26,668 nucleotides of DNA from NCBI GenBank assembly GCA_013816415.1, contig JACDEN010000001.1, forward strand, positions 1 through 26,668, given 5' to 3'. The notes beneath the pieces are model-generated. The model was given only the letters and a program-made list of their open reading frames with translations, was not told the origin of the DNA and searched no databases. A program made the translations under genes and the position numbers. The first letter of the stretch is position 1; each line of letters opens with the position of its first letter. The stretch is from Planctomycetota bacterium (GTDB taxonomy: Bacteria > Planctomycetota > UBA11346). This document shows positions 8,295 to 20,218 of this stretch, one piece after another.

Positions 8295-11200
8295 GTGCGC
8301 CCCATCAATCTCTTCGTCGCCATCGCCTGCTCTGCTCCCATGGCGTCCGCCGCGGTCCACGAGACCTTGGCTGCCCAGAAGCGTGTCGAGCCGGTCGAGC
8401 TGGAGCGGCTGGTGCAGTCACCGGAGCAGTACAACAGCGCGCAGGTGCGCTTCCGCTGCATGTTCGTCGAGTTGGGGAATCTCTATGATGGATTGCACAC
8501 CCATTTCCGCCCCGAGTGGCACTACAACCTGATCGTCTGGGACGACCAGGCGAATCTCTGGGAGCCCGATGTCCGCGGCAATGCGGTCACCTCGCTCTAC
8601 ATCCAGAAGGATCTGCCCGTCGTCGCGAAGCTCCCGAGCTTCCGGAAGTATCAGCTCGTCGACATCACCGGCCGGGTGGTCGCGACCTCCGAAGGCAAGC
8701 CCTGGATCGAAGTCTCCAAGATCGTCCCGGTCGAGGACGCCGGCGCGTACACCGACGGTTCGATCTATCACATCCAGCAGGCGATGGCGCTCGGAAACGA
8801 CGGCAGCAGGGACCTCGCCGAGGAGCACTACGTCGCCGCGCTGAAGGACAATCTCCCCTACGACGCCCGCGCCCAGATCCAGGAGATGCGCGCGCGACAG
8901 CTGCTCGCCGCGGGCCGCCACAAAGAAGCCGCGGCCGCACTGGACGACGCCGTCGCCTCCAGCGCCAAGGGCAAGGCGCTGCCTGACGCCGAGCTCGCGC
9001 AGCTGCACGTCCTGCTCGCCAAGTCTCAGAACGAGAGCGCGGAGACCGCCACCGCCGCCCAACGCCAGGGGATGCTGTCTTCGGCGGTCGACCAGGCCCG
9101 TCAGGCCCTGCGGCTCGATCCCACCCTCGGAGAAGCCTACGCCATCCTCGGCATCAGCCTCGCTGGTCTCGGCCAGTTCGACGATGCCCGCCGCGAGTGC
9201 GACAATGCGCTGCGTCTGCGGCCCAATGACGCCGAAGTCCGCTGGTACCTCGGCCGCATCCTCGATCAGCAGGGCAAATCCGAAGAGGCGATCGAGGCCC
9301 TGAAGAAGGCCATCGATCTCACGCCGAAGGATGCGCGCATCCACAAGGCCATCGCCGCCGCCTACTATCATCGCGGACTCAAGGGCGGACCGTCCGGCGG
9401 TGCCGACCTGACCACCGCACTGCGTGAATACGACATCGCCCTGCGCCTGAATCCCGGGGATGGCGAGATCAACTACCTCAGCGGCATGGTCCTCCAGGCG
9501 GCTGCCGCAGCTGGAGCCGAAGTCCAGACTGCCAACGGCCGCCAGCCCGCGACCAAGGAGATGGCCCTCGAGCGCTACAAGGCCGCGCTGTCCGCCGACG
9601 AGACCTTCGCGCCTGCGCATGGCGCCCTCGCCAGCCTCTACCGGGACCAGGGCAAGATGGATGACGCCGCCGCTCATTACGCGCGGGTGGTCGAGCTCCA
9701 GCCGGATGATTTCGCGAGCGTCAGTGAACAGGCGACGTTCCTCGAATCGCAGAACAAGCGGCCCGAGGCGATCGTGGCGTACGAGCGCTACCTCGGCTCG
9801 CATCCCCAGCAGCCCCAGGCGCTGGCTGCCCTTGCCAGGTTGTACCAGGCAAGCCAGGACGGACGCGCGCAGCAGCTCGGCCAGCAGCTCGAGCAGCAGA
9901 CCAAGAAGCAACCCAAGAATGCAAACGCCTGGCAGGCGCTCGCCGAGTACCGGCTCGCCATCGGCGATTCCCGCGGAGCGGCCGATGCCGCGCAAAAGGC
10001 GTGGAATCTCGCCGACCACAATGGCAAAGCGAACGTCTCGCCGACCCTCGGCAAAGCCAAGTTCGAGACCGGCGACGCCATGGGTGCGGTCGCGGTCCTG
10101 TCGCCGATCCTCGATCAGCTGACCGACGAACAGGCCTATCTCGCGCTCGGCTGGTCGTACATCGCGATCGGGAAATCCAATGATGCCAAGGCGGTCGGCG
10201 ACAAGCTCCACTCGAGCGGCTTCGCAACCAGCGCCTCTGCCGAATATTTCGGCTGGCTGAGTTATCTCGCGGGCGATTTCACCGGCGCCGAGCAGACGCT
10301 CAAGAAGGCGTCGATCCGGGAGCCCGCGGCGAAGGCCTATCGTCTGGGCATGTCGATCTTCAAGCAGGGACCAGCGCGTTACCAGGACGCGCGCCCCTAC
10401 CTGAATGCGTCGCGTGGGATCTCCAGCACCAATCCTACCCTGACGAATGCCGGTCGTGAAGTGGCGGCAGCCCTCAAGGTCATCGCCGAACACGACGGAC
10501 CGACCAGCAACGCCGGCACGGAAGACGACGGTCACGCGGCTGCCGAAACCAAGAAGGCCGATGAAGCGCGCGCGGCGGCAGATGCAGCTGCTCTCGCCGA
10601 GACCGCGCGCAAGGCTGACGAAACGAAGAAGGCGGCGGAGACCAAGAAGGCCGCAGACAACGCCGAGGCCGCGCGCAAGGCTGATGAAGCCAAGCGTGCG
10701 GACGACGCCGCGGCTGCCGCCGAGACGGCTCGCAAAGCCGACGAAGCGAGAAAGGCCGACGCCGCACGCAAAGCGGACGAGACGAAGAAGGCCGATGAAG
10801 CCAAGAAGACGGAGGAAGCGCGCAAAGCCGACGAAGCGAAGAAGGCCGAACTGGCGCGAAAGGCCGACGAGACGAAGAAGGCCGACGATGCTCGCAAGGC
10901 CGATGAAGCCAAGAAGGCGGAGGAAGCGCGCAAAGCCGACGAAACGAGGAAGGCAGAGCTGGCGCGAAAGGCCGACGAGACGAAGAAGGCGGAGGAGGCG
11001 AAGAAGGCGGAGGAGGCGAAAAAAGCCGACGAAGCGCGGAAGGCGGACGACGCCAGGAAGGCGGATGAGGCTCGCAAAACAGCAGATGCGAAAAAGGCTG
11101 CCGATGCCGCCGCCGCTGCTGAAGCCACCCGCAAGGTTGATGAGGCAAAGAAGGCCGACGAGGCCAAGAAGACCGCCGACGCCGCCGCCGCCGCGCGCAA

Positions 11201-11972
11201 GACCGACGAGGCGAAGAAGGCCGCCGATGCCGCCGCCGAAGCGATCGCCGCGCGCAAGGCCGACGAGACGAAGAAGGCCGCTGATGACGCGAAGAAGGCC
11301 GCCGACGCCGAGGTCGCTCGCAAGGCCGACGAGGCGAAGAAGGCCGCCGATGCCGCGAACAAGGCCGCGGATGCCGAGGCTGCCCGCAAGGCTCAGGAAA
11401 TCGCCAAGTCGGATGAAGCCAAGAAGGCGGCCGAGGCGGCTGATGCCGCGAAGAAGCAGGACGAAGCGAAGAAGGCCGGTGATGCCCCGAAGTCAGAGGC
11501 ATCTGGCAAGGAAGTCTTTGCAGAAGGCCGGGCCAAATGGGATGCCGACGACGTCAAGGGCACGATCGACACCCTGGCGCCAGTATCCGACAAGATCACC
11601 GACGAGCCGACCATGCTGGCACTCGGTTGGGCGTACGTCGCGGATGGCCGCACCAAGGAGGCCTCCGCCATAGCCGATCGCCTGAAAAGCGTCGCCGAGA
11701 AGACCGATGCCCAGATGGAATTCCAGGGATGGGTGCTCTATCTCAATGGCGATTACCGTGCTGCCGAGCAGGCGCTGAAAAAGGTCCAGACCAAGGACGC
11801 CCTGGTCAAAGCCTACCGCATCGGCATGGCGCTGTTCAAGCAGGGCCAGCCACGGTATGCCGAGGCCCGCGCGATGCTTGGTACTGGCAAGAACGTCACC
11901 GGCCGCAAATCGCTCTTCGGCAACGCCAAGGCGGAAGCAGAAGCCGCACTGAAGACCATCAGCGGCAAGTAA
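8295..11972 (+). CDS. Large exported TPR-repeat protein with OB-fold-like N-domain, duplicated helical module and TolA-like K/A/D/E-rich rod
   Basis: Sec-type signal (MRPINLFVAIACSAPMASAA), many TPR motifs (e.g. ALRLDPTLGEAYAILGISL, ALRLRPNDAEVRWYLG), ~310 aa of ARKADEAKKA-type repeats, AAGGAG SD. Confidence 0.88.
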   Translation: MRPINLFVAIACSAPMASAAVHETLAAQKRVEPVELERLVQSPEQYNSAQVRFRCMFVELGNLYDGLHTHFRPEWHYNLIVWDDQANLWEPDVRGNAVTSLYIQKDLPVVAKLPSFRKYQLVDITGRVVATSEGKPWIEVSKIVPVEDAGAYTDGSIYHIQQAMALGNDGSRDLAEEHYVAALKDNLPYDARAQIQEMRARQLLAAGRHKEAAAALDDAVASSAKGKALPDAELAQLHVLLAKSQNESAETATAAQRQGMLSSAVDQARQALRLDPTLGEAYAILGISLAGLGQFDDARRECDNALRLRPNDAEVRWYLGRILDQQGKSEEAIEALKKAIDLTPKDARIHKAIAAAYYHRGLKGGPSGGADLTTALREYDIALRLNPGDGEINYLSGMVLQAAAAAGAEVQTANGRQPATKEMALERYKAALSADETFAPAHGALASLYRDQGKMDDAAAHYARVVELQPDDFASVSEQATFLESQNKRPEAIVAYERYLGSHPQQPQALAALARLYQASQDGRAQQLGQQLEQQTKKQPKNANAWQALAEYRLAIGDSRGAADAAQKAWNLADHNGKANVSPTLGKAKFETGDAMGAVAVLSPILDQLTDEQAYLALGWSYIAIGKSNDAKAVGDKLHSSGFATSASAEYFGWLSYLAGDFTGAEQTLKKASIREPAAKAYRLGMSIFKQGPARYQDARPYLNASRGISSTNPTLTNAGREVAAALKVIAEHDGPTSNAGTEDDGHAAAETKKADEARAAADAAALAETARKADETKKAAETKKAADNAEAARKADEAKRADDAAAAAETARKADEARKADAARKADETKKADEAKKTEEARKADEAKKAELARKADETKKADDARKADEAKKAEEARKADETRKAELARKADETKKAEEAKKAEEAKKADEARKADDARKADEARKTADAKKAADAAAAAEATRKVDEAKKADEAKKTADAAAAARKTDEAKKAADAAAEAIAARKADETKKAADDAKKAADAEVARKADEAKKAADAANKAADAEAARKAQEIAKSDEAKKAAEAADAAKKQDEAKKAGDAPKSEASGKEVFAEGRAKWDADDVKGTIDTLAPVSDKITDEPTMLALGWAYVADGRTKEASAIADRLKSVAEKTDAQMEFQGWVLYLNGDYRAAEQALKKVQTKDALVKAYRIGMALFKQGQPRYAEARAMLGTGKNVTGRKSLFGNAKAEAEAALKTISGK
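10542..11478 (+). repeat. Coding degenerate tandem repeat (KKADEA/RKADET units) including a 108-bp-period near-identical duplication
   Basis: Repeated AAGAAGGCCGACGA and CGCAAGGCCGACGA units; 10788-10882 is nearly identical to 10896-10990. Confidence 0.9.
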
Positions 11973-12102
11973 TCCCCTGCGCGCCGGTGGTCGGCATCGG
12001 CACCTGCATTGAATTTACTTGGCCCGGGTCGCCGTACGCTCACGGCTCCTGCGCATGGACGATCGTCTGCGACGTTCGGCCGGCGTCAGCGTGGAACGAA
12101 GC

Positions 12103-13752
12103 ATGCTGAACGAATTGGTCATCCATAATCTCGTGATCGTCGAGCATGCCCGGCTCTGTCCAGGCGCGGGTCTGACGGTGGTGAGTGGAGAGACCGGCGC
12201 AGGGAAGAGCCTGCTCCTCGATGCCTTGGAGATGATATCCGGAGAACGGGTTCAGGGGGCGATCGCTGGTCCCTGGGCGGATGCCGCGACCGTCACCGCG
12301 GTGTTCCAGCCGGATCACCAACGCTGCGTACGGATCGAGGCCGCCTGTTCGGTGCCTGCCTCCGACGATACCTATATCCTCCGCCGGAAGATCAGCAAAA
12401 CCGGGCGGAGCCAGTCGTGGATCAACGACACGCCAGTGACCTTGGCCACCTTGCGCGCCGCCGCCGATCACTTGCTCGAGATCCACTCCCAGCACGAACC
12501 GCTGCGGTTGTCCGACCCTGCGGTCCAGATGGAATTGCTCGATCAGTTCGGTGGAACGACGCCGATCGCGACCGCGTATCTCGCGGCCCATCGGCTCGTC
12601 GGTGAGCTGGGCAGGGCTCTCGCCGAGCTCGACGGTGGCAGCCGGGAAAGCGTCAAGGAACTCGACTACGCGACGTTCCAGCTGCGCGAGATCGAAGCGC
12701 TCCAGCCGCGGCGTGGAGAATTCGCCGAACTGGAAGCCCGACACTCGCTGCTCACTTCAGCGGACCAGTGGCGATCGCTCGCCGACGAAGTCGTCCAGAC
12801 CTTGACCGAGGACGAGCGATCATCCGCCGCGTCGCTCGCCCGGTTCGCGCGACGGCTCGCAGAAGCACCGGATCCCCGGTTGGTCGACGCGGCGCGCGCG
12901 TGCCAGCAGGCCCTCGAGGCGGTGCGCGATGCGTCGGCGTGGTGCGCAGATGCTTCCGAGCGGCTCCATGCGGATCCGGGCGAGATCGGGCGCATCGAGG
13001 CGCGCATGAACGCGTACCATGAACTGCGCCGCAAGCATGGCGATGGTGACGACCAGCTGTTCGCCGCATGGGACGCGATCGTGCTTCGTCTCAAAGATCT
13101 GTCCTCGATCGGCGAGCGCCGGTCGAAGACCGCAGGGGATCTCGCCGCAGCCACCGCGGAACGAGCATCGATCGGCAAATCCCTCGCCAAGAAACGCACG
13201 GACCAATTCGCGAAGCTGTCGAAATCTGTGCATGGACATCTCTCCGATCTCTCCATGCCCAAGGCCAAGCTGTCCCTCACCGAGGAGGAGCTGTCCGAGC
13301 CGGGTCCGCTCGGCAGCGTGCATCAGGAATTCCTGGTCCGGACGAATCCAGGAATGCCGGAAGGGAAATTGCGGGACATCGCATCCGGCGGAGAATCAGC
13401 GCGCATCGCGTTGGCGCTCGCCGAAGCGCTGGCTGAGCAGGACCGGATGCCGGTGCTGGTCTTCGATGAAGTTGACAGTGGCGTCGGTGGCCGGCTTGGT
13501 GCAGTCATTGGTGCTAAACTTGCGCACCTTGCTCGCGATCGTACCGTGCTTGCGGTGACCCACACCCCGCAACTAGCGGCTGCCGCCGAGCGACAATATC
13601 TGGTCCGCAAACAGCAGGGCGACAAGGAAACGCGAGTGGCGGTCTGCGAAATTTCCGGTGCCGAGCGCCTTCGCGAGATCTCCGAGATGCTCGGCGGCGG
13701 TCGGGCGGCGCTCGACCAGGCGAAGGCGCTTCTGGCGGGAACAGCACGTTGA
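12103..13752 (+). CDS. recN: DNA repair protein RecN
   Basis: MLNELVIHNLVIV start, SGETGAGKS Walker A, EIHSQHE Q-loop, coiled coil, IASGGESAR signature, LVFDEVDSGVGG Walker B, VTHTPQLAA. ATG 12103 is preferred over TTG 12019. Confidence 0.96.
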   Translation: MLNELVIHNLVIVEHARLCPGAGLTVVSGETGAGKSLLLDALEMISGERVQGAIAGPWADAATVTAVFQPDHQRCVRIEAACSVPASDDTYILRRKISKTGRSQSWINDTPVTLATLRAAADHLLEIHSQHEPLRLSDPAVQMELLDQFGGTTPIATAYLAAHRLVGELGRALAELDGGSRESVKELDYATFQLREIEALQPRRGEFAELEARHSLLTSADQWRSLADEVVQTLTEDERSSAASLARFARRLAEAPDPRLVDAARACQQALEAVRDASAWCADASERLHADPGEIGRIEARMNAYHELRRKHGDGDDQLFAAWDAIVLRLKDLSSIGERRSKTAGDLAAATAERASIGKSLAKKRTDQFAKLSKSVHGHLSDLSMPKAKLSLTEEELSEPGPLGSVHQEFLVRTNPGMPEGKLRDIASGGESARIALALAEALAEQDRMPVLVFDEVDSGVGGRLGAVIGAKLAHLARDRTVLAVTHTPQLAAAAERQYLVRKQQGDKETRVAVCEISGAERLREISEMLGGGRAALDQAKALLAGTAR

Positions 13753-14258
13753 ACCAGCCGGGATACCTCGTCGCGCGCCATGGCCATGTCGTCTACGTGC
13801 GCGCAGTCGGCCTCGCGAACATGAAGAACGCTCCGATGCTGGATTCGTTCCTGGTCGCCGAAGTGACGCAAGAGCAGCAGACCGTCTGTGTCGATCTTTC
13901 AGCCTGCACCGGCATGGACAGCACGTTCATGGGACTGCTGGTCGGCTCTTCCCAGCGGTTGCGTTCCAGCGGTGGAAAGCTGGTGATCGTCAATCCCACC
14001 GAGAGCAACCTCAAACTCCTGAAGACACTTGGCGTTTTCGATGTCGTGCCGGTCCTCGAGGGATGCGAACTCCCGGTGCTCGCCTTCGTGAGCCTCAAAG
14101 GCAGCGCCAATCTGACGGCCCTTCAGCGCATGGAGCTGGTGAAGAAAGCGCATGAGAACCTCATCGCGCTGAATGATGCGAACAAGGCGAAGTTCGCCGC
14201 GTTCCTCACCGCGCTAGAATCCGACCTCGCCTCGCTCGCGAAGAAGACTCAACCTTGA
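13749..14258 (+). CDS. STAS-domain anti-anti-sigma-factor-like protein (RssC-like C-terminal extension)
   Basis: VDLSACTGMDSTFMGLL phosphoserine motif; C-terminal AHENLIALNDANKAKF; TTG start overlaps the recN stop (TTGA). Confidence 0.87.
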   Translation: MNQPGYLVARHGHVVYVRAVGLANMKNAPMLDSFLVAEVTQEQQTVCVDLSACTGMDSTFMGLLVGSSQRLRSSGGKLVIVNPTESNLKLLKTLGVFDVVPVLEGCELPVLAFVSLKGSANLTALQRMELVKKAHENLIALNDANKAKFAAFLTALESDLASLAKKTQP

Positions 14259-14330
14259 GCGGCTCAACGGTCGGGAAAACCCGCTGAATTCGCTCGATTC
14301 GGCCGTCGCCCGGCGGGCGAACTCGGCTGC

Positions 14331-14360
14331 TTGACAGGTTCAGCGTCGCTCACATAGTGT
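14331..14360 (+). promoter_or_regulatory. rRNA operon promoter
   Basis: TTGACA (14331-14336), then CATAGT at 16-bp or TAGTGT at 18-bp spacing, followed by a GC-rich discriminator GCGCCCC. Confidence 0.65.
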
Positions 14361-14438
14361 GCGCCCCGCCAAGAATCCCGTTTATCCGGCCGTCACGAGA
14401 CGGAACTACCGGTCGAATCGGGGCTTCTGACGCGGCGC

Positions 14439-14472
14439 GATTGACAAATCAATAGCTGTAGCGAGAGATGCA
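14439..14472 (+). other. 5' arm of the 16S precursor processing stem (pairs with 16232-16265)
   Basis: GATTGACAAATCAATAGCTGTAGCGAGAGATGCA is near-complementary to TGCATCTCTCACTACGGCTTTTGATTTGCCAATC downstream of the 16S gene. Confidence 0.8.
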
Positions 14473-14601
14473 AGGGTATGTCGGTTAACGCCGTCATATC
14501 CGCCGAGGGCGTGCCTATGGCACGTCCTTAAGCCTGTCCATGTACCTAGGATCCACCGAGGTATGGACGGGAGTTTTCAATAAAGCCGATTAAACAAATC
14601 A

Positions 14602-16174
<1,573 letters not shown>

Positions 16175-16282
16175 GGGATAACTAGAACTGGCAAGTTCTC
16201 CGGCAACGGAGCGCTCCAGAGTTAACATAGCTGCATCTCTCACTACGGCTTTTGATTTGCCAATCGGCACGTCCACGGCTCG

Positions 16283-16336
16283 GTTCAGTTCAGTTCAGTT
16301 CAGTTCAGTTCAGTTCAGTTCAGTTCAGTTCAGTTC
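16283..16336 (+). repeat. Perfect pentanucleotide microsatellite (GTTCA)10-GTTC in the 16S-tRNA spacer
   Basis: Directly visible; runs straight into TTTGACAA. Confidence 0.97.
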
Positions 16337-16344
16337 TTTGACAA
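16333..16344 (+). promoter_or_regulatory. boxA-like antitermination element
   Basis: GTTCTTTGACAA resembles rrn boxA (TGCTCTTTAACA / AGTTCTTTGAAAA types). Confidence 0.5.
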
Positions 16345-16404
16345 GCGCATACTGTCAGACATCGGAGCATCGCGCCCGCACCCCGATTGGGCTTTCCCGG
16401 AAAC

Positions 16405-16481
16405 GGGCTTATAGCTCAGTTGGTTAGAGCACCCGCCTGATAAGCGAGAGGTCTCTGGTTCGAGTCCAGATAAGCCCACCA
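16405..16481 (+). tRNA. tRNA-Ile (GAT)
   Basis: GGGCTTATAGCTCAGTTGGTTAGAGC..CT-GAT-AA..GGTTCGAGTCC..TAAGCCCACCA; 77 nt, CCA encoded. Confidence 0.97.
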
Positions 16482-16496
16482 TCCTGCGCCTCCTCC

Positions 16497-16572
16497 GGGG
16501 GTATAGCTCAGTTGGTAGAGCGCGTGCTTTGCAAGCATGAGGTCAGGAGTTCGAATCTCCTTACCTCCACCA
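16497..16572 (+). tRNA. tRNA-Ala (TGC)
   Basis: GGGGGTATAGCTCAGTTGGTAGAGC..TT-TGC-AA..GTTCGAATC..TACCTCCACCA; G3:U70 identity pair; 76 nt. Confidence 0.97.
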
Positions 16573-16741
16573 AACTTCTTTCTGAGTGAAAGGAGTTTGA
16601 GATCGATGTCTGACCTGCGCTCACCCCTTTGGTGAGCTGAAAGAACTTTTTCGCAAGAAATCGTTCGAGTAAGTTCTTTTCGTATCAGTTTCGCTGTATC
16701 TTTGACAACGCTAAAATCGTGGAACAGACAAGCATGACGAT

Positions 16742-19653
<2,912 letters not shown>

Positions 19654-19746
19654 GTCACGTTTGTCTGTTCCGCGATTCTACCGTTGCCCAAGAACGGTCT
19701 GGCAGTGCCATGCACCGCCACGCCCTTTCTTTACAACCCAATCTTT

Positions 19747-19854
19747 TCCAGGTGACCATAGCGATGGGGTCACACCCGTTCCCATTCCGAACACGGCCGT
19801 TAAGCCCATCTGCGCCGATGATACTCGAAAGGGGAAAGTAGGTCGTTGCCTGGA
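19747..19854 (+). rRNA. rrf: 5S ribosomal RNA (short, ~108 nt)
   Basis: TCCAGGTGAC..CACCCGTTCCCATTCCGAACACGG..GTTAAG..GCCGATGATACT..GGGAAAGTAGGTCGTTGCCTGGA; the termini pair. Confidence 0.96.
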
Positions 19855-19863
19855 TTTTATCTC

Positions 19864-19897
19864 ATCCCCGCCTCACTCGAGGCGGGGATTCTCTTTT
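19864..19897 (+). terminator. Rho-independent terminator of the rrn operon
   Basis: ATCCCCGCCTC-actc-GAGGCGGGGAT hairpin followed by TCTCTTTT. Confidence 0.85.
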
Positions 19898-20007
19898 CTG
19901 GAGATTCGCACACGGCCGACGCCGCGGACCGCAGGTCCATCTGCGCCGATCACCTGCGGTGCGCGATCGGGAAATGGGAAATGGGGTCGTTTCCTGCATT
20001 TTTCATC

Positions 20008-20044
20008 TGACAAACCCGCATCGCCCATACGGGTTTGTCATTTT
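20008..20044 (+). terminator. Second hairpin (possible T2 terminator or operator)
   Basis: TGACAAACCCG-N11-CGGGTTTGTCA followed by TTTT. Confidence 0.45.
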
Positions 20045-20218
20045 CAATAAAACAGTCGAAACCGGTTGGGGTGGGCTGTAAAGGGCGCCGTCTGCGATCG
20101 GACTCGGGATGAGACCAAGTATCGGCATGGGCTCGCGGCGCATCGCGGGGGGATCCGTGGATGACCCGATTGCGTTGCGGACTCGCCAGGCAGGATCCCC
20201 GACCTCCGGAGTACACCT

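Noticed and set aside
10542..11478. Repeat region as a CRISPR array, or the gene as tolA
   Set aside because: The units are degenerate, in-frame and have no unique spacers. There are no tolQ/R/B neighbours and no TolA domain layout.
10447..11673. Arg/Pro-rich and Ala/Ser/Phe-rich alternative-frame ORFs
   Set aside because: Frame-shifted or antisense readings of the K/A/D/E coding repeat.
14441..14446. Second TTGACA as an rrn P2 -35 box
   Set aside because: No -10 at proper spacing; it is explained as part of the 16S processing stem.
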